Source: Candidatus Hodarchaeota archaeon (lineage in GTDB: Archaea; Asgardarchaeota; Heimdallarchaeia; Hodarchaeales; Hodarchaeaceae). From it: 27,523 nt of DNA. The stretch lies in assembly GCA_016839785.1 (NCBI GenBank), contig JAEOTQ010000138.1, positions 1 through 27,523 on the forward strand, written 5' to 3'. Both the position numbers and the translations under genes were made by a program. The notes beneath the pieces are model-generated. The model saw nothing but the letters and a program-made list of their open reading frames with translations. It did no database searches and was not told the DNA's origin. Below are positions 8,530-17,664 of this stretch, in pieces; the first letter of the stretch is position 1; every line of letters starts with the position of its first letter.

Positions 8530-8865
8530 TCAAGCTTCTTTAATGGCTTCCTGTATTTTTTTCTCCACTTTACGCATGTCAGCACCAACTATTTTGGCAA
8601 TAAGTTTGTTTCCTCGAAGTATGGCGAACGTAGGAACGCCTCGTACGTTTAATTTATGAGCTACTCCGGGATTATTATCTACATTTATTTTTACAAAATC
8701 TGCTTCAGTGTACTTTTTACTTAATGATTCATAAACCGGTGCTGATACCTTACAAGGCGGGCACCAATCTGTAAAACAATCAACTACTAATGGCCTAGTG
8801 TTATTCGTTTCCAGATTCGTTTTAATCTTTTCTGCAAATTCCTTCTCATCTATAATGGTTACCAT
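8530..8865 (-). CDS. trxA: Thioredoxin
   Basis: VVDCFTDWCPPCK active site, KINVD and cis-Pro motif GVPTF. The start is placed at ATG 8865 because the GTG at 8874 is part of an AGGTGA RBS. Confidence 0.92.
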   Translation of the reverse strand: MVTIIDEKEFAEKIKTNLETNNTRPLVVDCFTDWCPPCKVSAPVYESLSKKYTEADFVKINVDNNPGVAHKLNVRGVPTFAILRGNKLIAKIVGADMRKVEKKIQEAIKEA

Positions 8866-9114
8866 TAGCTTCACCTATTTTTTGATGATACCTTCCTTAA
8901 TCAAAGGAATGATAGCCCTACCAATAAAAATTCTCCTACGAAGATGTAAATGCGAGTCTTGAGTTGAAAGAATGAGTGTCATAAGACGCTGATCCACGAT
9001 AGTATTAAAAATATCTCTATTAAATAGTGAAATGAGAGATTTTTGACGAGGATTGCTTTTTAGAAATTAAGGTATCAATTAGTTTATCAAATAAGAAACA
9101 AGTGAGATCTATAC

Positions 9115-9936
9115 ATGCTATTACCTGAAGAATTTGAGTTCCTCATCCCTTTCTGGGATTTAGCCTTTTTTCTATTCGGTGTACCATTTGTTCTTTGGTT
9201 AAATAATAAAACACGGAATGATTGGATTTGTCTAGGGTTAGGTATCTTATATATGGTTCTTTATGAAATAGTGTTTGAACCAGATTTAAATTTATGGGCG
9301 TTTTTCTGGTTTGGATTAATTCTTGGGTATATTACTGATTATTGGGGTGTTAGTTCGAATAAATGGAAGTATCACCCTTGGGATTCATCTTTTGGATATA
9401 GTTATTATGTAGGTTTTGCGTGGGGAATGGTGAGTATGTTTACATTGTCGATTAGTCGGATTGTAGAAGCTCCTTTGGATCAATTCTTTCTGCCTGGAAT
9501 TCTTCTCGTCATTCCAACGATTTTATTTGAAGCTCGGTTTGGAGAAACAAGAAGAGATCAATATTTCTTATATCTCCGTGCAGTTAGTGGATTCTTTGCT
9601 TTCTATTTTGCAGATGAGTTAGGTTTATTGTTCATTGCAATTTTCGTGGGTTCATACATCGAATTTGCTGGCGTAAATTGGATAAAAAATTGGCTCTATA
9701 TTGATACATTAAGTTACATTTTTCTTTCATTTGGGTATTCTTTGATAATTCTAGCTGCGAAGATGACCTATGACCTATTGGTGGAAAATCCGATTGATCC
9801 ATTATCTTTCTTCTTCTTTTTAGGAGCAATATTATTCTATGCCATTGACACCTTCTGGTGGCAAAAGCACATAACTGTTGATACTACAAAAGCTGTGGTT
9901 GCAGCTGATAAGTATCGAGAAAAATTCAAGAGTTGA
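9115..9936 (+). CDS. Integral membrane protein of unknown function with an internal two-fold repeat
   Basis: Highly hydrophobic. The repeated motifs are GYITDYWGV...WKY...GFAWG and GSYIEFAGV...WLY...SFGYS. Confidence 0.7.
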   Translation: MLLPEEFEFLIPFWDLAFFLFGVPFVLWLNNKTRNDWICLGLGILYMVLYEIVFEPDLNLWAFFWFGLILGYITDYWGVSSNKWKYHPWDSSFGYSYYVGFAWGMVSMFTLSISRIVEAPLDQFFLPGILLVIPTILFEARFGETRRDQYFLYLRAVSGFFAFYFADELGLLFIAIFVGSYIEFAGVNWIKNWLYIDTLSYIFLSFGYSLIILAAKMTYDLLVENPIDPLSFFFFLGAILFYAIDTFWWQKHITVDTTKAVVAADKYREKFKS

Positions 9937-10018
9937 AAAAACGATTCAAGAGCATTAAGTGGGAATAGTAAAAATCGCTGTTATCAATAATCACTGAACT
10001 CGAAGATAAGTATCCCTG

Positions 10019-11002
10019 TTAAATTGCTAAGTCACGAATTAAAGAATAAGCATAGCGATCCACCGATTTTTTCTTCTGTGTATCAATTAATGGGACTTTG
10101 ACTAGATTTAGATTTTGTTCTCCAACCATAATTCCAGTATCCCCTTCTAAAATGCAGTCTATGGCAAAAGCGCCCATGCGAGTTGCATTCCATCGATCTA
10201 CGGCACTAGGAGATCCACCTCGTTGAAGATGTCCAAGGATGGAAATATGAGTGGAAAATTCTAGCCCTGGTTGACTCGTTAATTTTTTACAAAATGTGAA
10301 GATATCTGGTTGACTGACTCCTTCGGCGACAATTATGATTAAGCTTGTTTTACCACGATCTCGTGCTGCTTTTATACGAGTAGCTACAGCATTTAAGTCA
10401 ATAGGTGCATCTTCTGGAATCAGAATTTCCTCAGCCCCACTTCCAATGCCAACTTTTAACGCAATAAAACCAGAATGACGACCCATGACTTCAACAATAA
10501 AAACTCTTTCATGGGAATCAGCTGTGTCCCGGATTCGATCAAGAGCTTGAATAGCTGTATCAATAGCTGTGTCAAATCCGATTGTATAGTCAGTTCCAAA
10601 TATGTCGTTGTCGATAGTTCCTGGAATTCCAATGATCTGACCATCCCAAAATTTACCTAACTCTAATAGACCACGAAAGGTCCCATCTCCTCCTATGGCA
10701 ATTAATCCATCAAAATTATATTTTTTCAGGATTTCAGCAGCAGATTTAATTCCTTCCTCCTTATAAAACCGCTTACAACGTGCTGTCTTAATGACTGTCC
10801 CACCAGTTTGAATGATGTTCCCTACTGAGCGTGGTATCATCTTTTCGAATGCTTCATCAAGAATTCCTTTATACCCTCTATGAATAGCTACAATATTTAA
10901 TCCTCGTGCGATTCCCCTTCGGACTATGGATCGTAGAGCAGCATTCATTCCTGGGGCATCTCCTCCTGAGCACAACACTCCAACTTTCTTCTTTCCAGAC
11001 AT
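10019..11002 (-). CDS. pfkA: ATP-dependent 6-phosphofructokinase, bacterial PfkA type
   Basis: SGGDAPGMNAA, GGTVIKTARC, IGGDGT, PGTIDND, EVMGRHSG and LGHLQRGG. Gly in GGDG and in PGTIDND indicates the ATP-dependent type. Confidence 0.96.
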   Translation of the reverse strand: MSGKKKVGVLCSGGDAPGMNAALRSIVRRGIARGLNIVAIHRGYKGILDEAFEKMIPRSVGNIIQTGGTVIKTARCKRFYKEEGIKSAAEILKKYNFDGLIAIGGDGTFRGLLELGKFWDGQIIGIPGTIDNDIFGTDYTIGFDTAIDTAIQALDRIRDTADSHERVFIVEVMGRHSGFIALKVGIGSGAEEILIPEDAPIDLNAVATRIKAARDRGKTSLIIIVAEGVSQPDIFTFCKKLTSQPGLEFSTHISILGHLQRGGSPSAVDRWNATRMGAFAIDCILEGDTGIMVGEQNLNLVKVPLIDTQKKKSVDRYAYSLIRDLAI

Positions 11003-11231
11003 ATTTTCAGCATCCTAAAGGTTATTTTTAGAGTTATTCTTTTGTATCGACGTCAAACCTGTCAATTGAGAGCTTATGAAAGTATTATTTTGAAAGTTTA
11101 TGAAAATACTTTACTCGAATTACGAGGATGTAAGATAAATCGTTTTTTTTTTAAATGAAAGAAAAGAAGCTTAAGATAAGGTTGGTTTAAGTATAAACCA
11201 CTACTAGATTCAATTCTATGGATTTGATGTT

Positions 11232-11822
11232 ATGTCATGGAAACAAACGCTCGGTAAACCTGGTGAGGAATTTATAATTGGGAAAAGATGGCTAAAGAAG
11301 CACGTTCCTAAGAAAGATAGAGTATCAAAGGCAAATCACAAAGAAGCTTTTCCTGGTGCGATATATGATCTAGGAGAACAATTTGTGCCAAGCGTAAATA
11401 AAAGGCAGCACATTTGGATCTGTATGGAAACAGGGAAAATTATCACTAAAGCTCCGTCTGTACTGGCTATTCCTAAACCTAAACCACGGAAAGAGAAGCC
11501 AGTGGTAGCTGTAAAACCCACGAAAAAAGTAGCACCAGTAAAAAAAGTTGTTAAGCCTAAAGTGGAAGCTAAACCAGAACCTGTGCTTGAACCAGTAGTA
11601 ACACCCGCTACCAAGCCTACTCCTAAATTTACTAAAGAAACTTCAATTCAAGAGGTAAAAGGTATAGGAAAAGCTGCTTTCGATAAATTGACTATAGCAG
11701 GGATACAAACGATTGATGATTTACTTGGCAAGCATAGTCAGGAAATCGCAACCCTAATTGGCAGAAAATCTGATGCTCAGATTAAAACTTGGCAAGATAA
11801 TGCTTTAGCCATGCTAGATTAA
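11232..11822 (+). CDS. Helix-hairpin-helix domain protein (RadA-N/HHH_5-like C-terminus) with a Lys/Pro/Val-rich linker
   Basis: C-terminal IQEVKGIGKAAFDKLTIAGIQTIDDLL is a HhH motif. The centre is a low-complexity K/P/V/E tract and the N-terminal domain is basic and unassigned. Confidence 0.75.
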   Translation: MSWKQTLGKPGEEFIIGKRWLKKHVPKKDRVSKANHKEAFPGAIYDLGEQFVPSVNKRQHIWICMETGKIITKAPSVLAIPKPKPRKEKPVVAVKPTKKVAPVKKVVKPKVEAKPEPVLEPVVTPATKPTPKFTKETSIQEVKGIGKAAFDKLTIAGIQTIDDLLGKHSQEIATLIGRKSDAQIKTWQDNALAMLD

Positions 11823-11842
11823 TTTCCACTAACAGATTTTAC

Positions 11843-13960
11843 TTATTTCCTCTCCGAGGGTAAATAAGCATTTCGGACATACTGTTTAAGCATTCGTCTG
11901 GCCGAAAATTGCGGTGTGACCGTCTTAATGGAGTTTTTAATCACATCGCACCATTCAAGGGGAATATTTTCTGCGTTTCGTTTATAAAATAATGGTCGAA
12001 TTTCTGTTTCTAGGATATCGTAAAGACTTTCTGCATCATAACGATTTTGTTCATCTTTATTCGAAAAATCTTCTCCACCCACAACATACCCATTGCCCCC
12101 TCTATAAGCCTCTGGCCACCACCCATCTAAAATTGAAAAGTTGACTACACCATTGATAGCAGCTTTCATACCGGAAGTTCCTGAAGCCTCCATTGGTTTT
12201 TGGGGAGTATTAAGCCATACATCACATCCTTGAACAAGATATCTTCCGATTTGCATATCGTAATCTTCAATAAATGCAATTCGTCCTCCATAATCAGCAG
12301 ATACCACCTTTTTGAAAATATTCTGTAATACATGTTTCCCTGGATCGTCTTGAGGATGAGCTTTTCCTGCAAAAATGAGTTGAATAGGAGTATAGGGATC
12401 AAGTAAGTTTTTCTTAATTCGTTCAAGATCGTGGAATATTAAATCCGCACGTTTATAGGTGGCAAACCGACGTGCAAATCCAATTGTCAATGCTTCAGGA
12501 TCAAGTAGTGCTCCAGCGGCAAGAGTAAGACGTGAGTCTCGATCCCCTTGAATACGATGGAGTCGTGTTTTCTCTCGTAAAAAAGAGAACATATGTTGAC
12601 GTGCTGCATGGCGGGTATTCCATAAATCAGCATTTGGGATATCATCTAAGCGCTCCCATATTTCAGGATCATCCTGCCGGTTGAACCAGTTTTTTCCGAG
12701 ATATTTCTTGTAAAGATTCTGAAATGGGCCACTTACCCATGTAGGGACGTGTACACCATTAGTCACATATGACAAGGGAGGGCGGTTTTGAAATTCCGGG
12801 CTTGAATAAAGATTCATCCACATCTTTCGACTAACCTCACCATTCAACTTTGATACCGCATTTTGGTAGCGACTAAGCCGTATGCCAAGAGTAGTCATAT
12901 TAAATTTTGGACCATCACCTTGTCTCCAGTCAAAGGCTCCAAGGGATAGAAAGTCTTCCCGACTAATTCCTAAAGTTTCCCAGAACGATTGGAAGTATTT
13001 GGATACTAGCTCGAAGGAAAATTGATCATGTCCTGCACTCACAGGTGTATGGGTTGTAAATACAATTTTCTTCCTTACTTCGTCTTTTGCTTCTTCAAAA
13101 CTTAGACCTTTATCAAGTATTTCATGTCGAAGAAGCTCTAATACAGCAAATGACGTATGACCTTCGTTCAAGTGATATACGGCCGGATTATGTCCAAAAT
13201 GTGCAAGTATTTTGAGGGCACCGAAACCTAAAACAATTTCCTGCCTGATACGCATCTCATTATCTCCACCATACAAACGTGCTGACAATCCTCGATCCCA
13301 AGGCTGGTTCTGCTCAATGTCAGTATCCATTAGATATAGAGGTGTACGTCCTACCTTCATACTCCAAACTCGTAAGAAGAGAGAAGTTGGATATTGGAGT
13401 TCAATTGTAAGTTGAGAGTCACCGTTTTCTGGGACAGGTTTTATAGGTGATTTCGAGAAATCTATGTTCTCATACTCTGCTTGCTGCCATCCCTCTCGTG
13501 AAATCGTTTGCTTAAAATATCCTTGGGGGTAAACAAATCCCACTCCGATAAAGGGTAAGCCAAGATCGCTACTTTCCTTTACATGATCTCCACTGAGGAT
13601 GCCTAATCCACCTGAATAGATGGGTAAAGATTGGTGCAATCCATATTCAGTTGAAAGATACGCTATTTCATCATTAAACTCCGGATATTCCCTAGTAAAC
13701 CATTTTTCCTGGGTTTCAAGAGTTTCTTGGAAAGAATGAATCATATCATCATATTTCTTCAAGAATGAAGGATCCTTCGCTGCAGCCTGAAGCCGTTCTT
13801 GGGGGATTATTTGTAACATATGAACTGGATTGTGACCAGTCGAGTTCCATGCTGGATGATCTAAAATTTTAAATAATTCACGTGCTTTAGGTTTCCAAAC
13901 CCAAATTAGATTTTCTGCCAAGTCTTGTAAATGTTTAATACGATTAGGAAGTCTACTCAA
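11843..13960 (-). CDS. glgP: Alpha-glucan (glycogen/maltodextrin) phosphorylase
   Basis: YSGGLGILSGDH, HLNEGH, FTTHTP, GFARRFATYKRA and PLP-lysine motif EASGTSGMKA. TTG start with AGGAG upstream. Confidence 0.96.
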   Translation of the reverse strand: MSRLPNRIKHLQDLAENLIWVWKPKARELFKILDHPAWNSTGHNPVHMLQIIPQERLQAAAKDPSFLKKYDDMIHSFQETLETQEKWFTREYPEFNDEIAYLSTEYGLHQSLPIYSGGLGILSGDHVKESSDLGLPFIGVGFVYPQGYFKQTISREGWQQAEYENIDFSKSPIKPVPENGDSQLTIELQYPTSLFLRVWSMKVGRTPLYLMDTDIEQNQPWDRGLSARLYGGDNEMRIRQEIVLGFGALKILAHFGHNPAVYHLNEGHTSFAVLELLRHEILDKGLSFEEAKDEVRKKIVFTTHTPVSAGHDQFSFELVSKYFQSFWETLGISREDFLSLGAFDWRQGDGPKFNMTTLGIRLSRYQNAVSKLNGEVSRKMWMNLYSSPEFQNRPPLSYVTNGVHVPTWVSGPFQNLYKKYLGKNWFNRQDDPEIWERLDDIPNADLWNTRHAARQHMFSFLREKTRLHRIQGDRDSRLTLAAGALLDPEALTIGFARRFATYKRADLIFHDLERIKKNLLDPYTPIQLIFAGKAHPQDDPGKHVLQNIFKKVVSADYGGRIAFIEDYDMQIGRYLVQGCDVWLNTPQKPMEASGTSGMKAAINGVVNFSILDGWWPEAYRGGNGYVVGGEDFSNKDEQNRYDAESLYDILETEIRPLFYKRNAENIPLEWCDVIKNSIKTVTPQFSARRMLKQYVRNAYLPSERK

Positions 13961-14088
13961 GGTTCTTTCTCCTGTATATAGTAAATAATAAGCATAAAAT
14001 TCATAAATGGCTTAAAAAGGATAATTGTAGATATTTTCCAGTATAAATAATAATCTACTCTATCAAGGATATTCATGTACAAGGTTGA

Positions 14089-14616
14089 TTATTTCTTCAT
14101 TGCTTTTATAACGTAAGATTCATTATTCCAATAAGAACTCCTTTTTCGTGAGGAAAGAGTTTCTATTACTTGTATGTCTGTAAATGGAAGATCTCTTAGA
14201 AGAGGATTAAGTTTCACGAGAGGTAAGGGATGTGGAATCCACGATACAGGCGTTTCTGAGGTATAATCTACTATTATAATAATTCCTCCACTTTTTAGTT
14301 GATTAAAAGCATTTTTTATTGCAATCTGGGGAATAGGGTGGTAATGAAGTGAAAACCCGAATAAAATGCCATCAACCAATTGATCAAACCATTTTGATGA
14401 ATTAAAATCAATTTGCTTAGTGAGTATGTTTGTTTCTGTAGTAATTCTGGAGTTTAAATAGCTTAAATCATTTGAATTTTTATCAATTGCAATCACATTA
14501 TCAACAAGTGTCGCTAGGGGAAAGGTATAGGTACCGTTCCCACATCCAGCGTCAATCCATACTCCTCCCTGAATTTTACATCGATTCAGCTGGTCAATTA
14601 TTTGTTGAAATTTCAT
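14089..14616 (-). CDS. Class I SAM-dependent methyltransferase
   Basis: Motif I WIDAGCGNG, VIAID, FSLHY and LKSGGIIIIVDY. Confidence 0.88.
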   Translation of the reverse strand: MKFQQIIDQLNRCKIQGGVWIDAGCGNGTYTFPLATLVDNVIAIDKNSNDLSYLNSRITTETNILTKQIDFNSSKWFDQLVDGILFGFSLHYHPIPQIAIKNAFNQLKSGGIIIIVDYTSETPVSWIPHPLPLVKLNPLLRDLPFTDIQVIETLSSRKRSSYWNNESYVIKAMKK

Positions 14617-14788
14617 TCTCTTCGGTTGTCAGGATTACTGGGTATTTTAATTGTATTATTATGAAATTATCACAGAGATTCAGAGCAAATTGCTAGTATA
14701 GATTGAAAATCAATATTGTGATGAAAATTTATTTAACCATCTTGAATCAGACAAATATTTACTGCATTCCTAAACTGGTGAACAAAAA

Positions 14789-16246
14789 ATGGCTGTTACT
14801 GAATATAGACCAAAGCGTTTTCAAGGATTTTCGTGGGCATTTGGAAATTTCGGCAGCGCAATTATGTCGAATGTCCTTAACGTGTTTATTATTGCATTCT
14901 ATCTGAAAGAAGTACTTGTAACACCATCAAACTTCGATGCTTTATTTGTGACTATGGTTACATTTTCTGCAAAGCTAAGTGAAGGTTTAATCAATGTGCC
15001 TGTAGCTCGATTTTCAGATAATATACGTACAAGATTTGGTAGAAGACGACCTTTCTTCTTGTTGACTCCAGTTTGGGTTGTATTTTTTGTATTAACATTC
15101 GCCTGCCCGTTCGAAGATACGCTATTAATTCTCATTTGGCTTCTCATCACATATGGAGGATTTAGATGGACTAATGCGGCGGTTGTAAATCCTTATCTTG
15201 CCCTTCTTCCTGAAATAGCCCCAGAGGAACATCAAAGGACAACATACAATTCCTATCGTACTTTATTTGTTTTGCTTGGGACCATTCTAGGAATTTTGAG
15301 CTTTCCTATTCTCCGAGATATATTTGCAGGTCCATTTGGAGACACAAAAATTACCGCTTTCTATGCTACGGTTCCAGTCGCAATTTTAACATTCATTGGA
15401 ATGGCAATCGTATTTTTTGGGGTGAAAGAAAACCCGAATGTGACAGTAGCTCATTTCGGTATGATAGAATCGTTTAAAGAGACATTTAAAAATAAGAGCT
15501 TTTTCCCTAGCTATTTGGCTACAGTGAGTACGTTAATGCTCGCTGAATCAATGCTCCTTGCTTCCCTCCCAATGATTGCTCAAGACTATATTGGACTTTC
15601 CCCAGATGATTTAATGGTTTCATTGATTTCAGGAATATTTGTTGTCTCAGCGATTCTTTCAATCCCATTCATTTCCATACTCTCTAAACGTTTCGGTAAA
15701 GCCAAAGTATACTACTATTGCTGCTTATCTTTCGGCGTCTTTGCTTGGTTACTACTTCTTGTAGGTCAGATTCCATTTATTACTCCTGAAAATACTGTTT
15801 CGTTTACAGTGAATGCTGACGACACTCTTCAAGTAGTTACTAGTGCTGGATGGAAAAACTTCATCCTATTTCAAACATTTCTTACAATTATGATTGTTGG
15901 CCTTCCTGTTGGTGGTGTTATGGTTCTAGGATATTCAGTCTTTTCTGATGTCATAGATTTTGATGAAAAACTCACAGGTCAGAGAAGAGAGTCAATGTAT
16001 TTTGCTGCTCAAGGAGTGGTAGATTGGTTCTTCGCTGCTGCAGGAGACCTAATACTTGGTATTCTATTGACACTATTCGGTAGGGAATACTTTTCTGCAA
16101 CATTTACAACAGAATCTGGTCTGTTAAATACTGGACCAGCAGGTTTGCTGCTAGTTGGACCAGTAGCAGGAGTCGTTCTTATACTTGGAGCATTAGTGTT
16201 TCGTAAATATCCATTAATGGAAGGTAAGGAGCATAATAATGCATAG
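14789..16246 (+). CDS. MFS transporter, GPH (MelB-like) family sugar/glycoside symporter
   Basis: FSDNIRTRFGRRRPF, PYLALLPEI, SDVIDFDEKLTGQRRESMYF and about 12 hydrophobic segments. Confidence 0.9.
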   Translation: MAVTEYRPKRFQGFSWAFGNFGSAIMSNVLNVFIIAFYLKEVLVTPSNFDALFVTMVTFSAKLSEGLINVPVARFSDNIRTRFGRRRPFFLLTPVWVVFFVLTFACPFEDTLLILIWLLITYGGFRWTNAAVVNPYLALLPEIAPEEHQRTTYNSYRTLFVLLGTILGILSFPILRDIFAGPFGDTKITAFYATVPVAILTFIGMAIVFFGVKENPNVTVAHFGMIESFKETFKNKSFFPSYLATVSTLMLAESMLLASLPMIAQDYIGLSPDDLMVSLISGIFVVSAILSIPFISILSKRFGKAKVYYYCCLSFGVFAWLLLLVGQIPFITPENTVSFTVNADDTLQVVTSAGWKNFILFQTFLTIMIVGLPVGGVMVLGYSVFSDVIDFDEKLTGQRRESMYFAAQGVVDWFFAAAGDLILGILLTLFGREYFSATFTTESGLLNTGPAGLLLVGPVAGVVLILGALVFRKYPLMEGKEHNNA

Positions 16247-16330
16247 AATAAATTATAAGTTGGGATTTATCTGGTAATTACTGAAAAAGTGCGTTTTCAA
16301 CTGCCCTCCAGTCGAAACTATTTTTGTGAA

Positions 16331-16567
16331 ATGAGTAGAATAGAAGAAGGGTACGAGCTTATATTCTACCAAGCTATTACAAGAGTTAAAACAATCCATA
16401 TAACAGAAGCACAAATTGATCGTCAATATTTGCATAAGGTTGCAGTTAACGTTGGTATTGAGTTTTATGCTCTTACTGGACCTTATGATTGTGCAGATGA
16501 AATATTACGTCAGTGGCATAAAAACTTCAAAAAGAAAGGGTGGAAAGAACGCATATTTGGACGATAA
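16331..16567 (+). CDS. Small hypothetical protein
   Basis: The ORF fills the gap between the transporter and the convergent dehydrogenase. ATG 16331 is preferred over GTG 16289. No motif recognised. Confidence 0.5.
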   Translation: MSRIEEGYELIFYQAITRVKTIHITEAQIDRQYLHKVAVNVGIEFYALTGPYDCADEILRQWHKNFKKKGWKERIFGR

Positions 16568-16572
16568 ATCTC

Positions 16573-17526
16573 TCAACTATCGTCAAATTTGGCAAGTAAT
16601 TTATTAATCATATCCCGTGTCATTTTAGATAGATCATATACTGGATCCCAATTCCATTCTGTGCGGGCAATAGAGTCATCTACTGACTGAGGCCAGGAAT
16701 CAGCGATTGCTTGACGAAAATCTGGCTTATATTCAATAGTAAACTCTGGAATGATTTCTTTGATGGATTCAGCAAGGGTGCCTGCACTGAAGCTCATAGA
16801 TCCGATATTAAAGATCCTGTGTGTTAACTGAGAATTGTCTACCTCAGCTAAATCAATCAATCCTTTAATGGCATCTGGCATATACATCATGGGTAAAACA
16901 GTATCTTCACGAACAAAACATGTATATGACCCTTTTTGTACCGCATCATAATAGATAGCTACGGCATAATCTGTGGTTCCTCCACTAGGAAATGTCTCAC
17001 TGCTTATGATTCCAGGATATCTAACAGAACGAATATCCACACCATATTTAAGATAATAATATTCCGCAAGAAGTTCACCTGCGACTTTTGTGACCCCATA
17101 TATGGTAGTAGGTCGTAAAATCGTCTCGTTTGGAGTATTCACTTTTGGAGTATCAGGTCCAAATGCTGCAATTGATGATGGCCACATAACGCTGATATCG
17201 TAAGTACGTGCCACCTCCAAGACATTGTACAACCCATTAATGTTTATATCCCATGCTAATTGAGGTTTTTGTTCCCCAACCGCACTTAGAATGGAAGCCA
17301 TATGATAAATGGTATCCACATTATTCTCAAAGGCTGTTTCTTCTAATTGATTGCGGTCGAGGACATTCAGGTAACAAAAGGGGCCGCTGTTCTTTATATA
17401 TGCTGGAAGTTGGGTACGTCGTCCTGTAGCAATAACTACAGCATCTTTCCCATAGCGTTGACGTAAAGTGGTCACCAATTCAGTACCTATTTGCCCTGCA
17501 GCACCAGTAACAAGAATATTCTTCAT
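16573..17526 (-). CDS. L-threonine 3-dehydrogenase, SDR (UDP-galactose 4-epimerase-like) type
   Basis: TGAAGQIG, HMASILSAVGE, PSSIAAFG, YGVTK, GGTTDYAV and RQAIADSWP are characteristic of GalE-like TDH. Confidence 0.88.
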   Translation of the reverse strand: MKNILVTGAAGQIGTELVTTLRQRYGKDAVVIATGRRTQLPAYIKNSGPFCYLNVLDRNQLEETAFENNVDTIYHMASILSAVGEQKPQLAWDININGLYNVLEVARTYDISVMWPSSIAAFGPDTPKVNTPNETILRPTTIYGVTKVAGELLAEYYYLKYGVDIRSVRYPGIISSETFPSGGTTDYAVAIYYDAVQKGSYTCFVREDTVLPMMYMPDAIKGLIDLAEVDNSQLTHRIFNIGSMSFSAGTLAESIKEIIPEFTIEYKPDFRQAIADSWPQSVDDSIARTEWNWDPVYDLSKMTRDMINKLLAKFDDS

Positions 17527-17619
17527 AAAAATTCCCTTCAGATGTTATTTAGTACATTTATTACAAGGATTATTTGAACTCTTCTTGTGATATACTGAAA
17601 AGTAATGGAGAGAATTTCG

Positions 17620-17634
17620 AAAAAAAGGAAAGAA
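17620..17634 (-). terminator. Pyrimidine/T-rich tract after tdh; possible terminator
   Basis: The minus strand reads TTCTTTCCTTTTTTT about 30-45 nt after the tdh stop. Confidence 0.35.
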
Positions 17635-17664
17635 TTGAGTGTGGTGTGTAGGAAGAATTCAAAG

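Noticed and set aside
11077-11112. Repeated TGAAA and an AAAGTATT/AATACTTT inverted repeat upstream of pfkA, with similar TGAAA(A)T copies upstream of the sugar transporter (14661-14728)
   Set aside because: Too short and AT-rich to distinguish from background without a genome-wide motif analysis.
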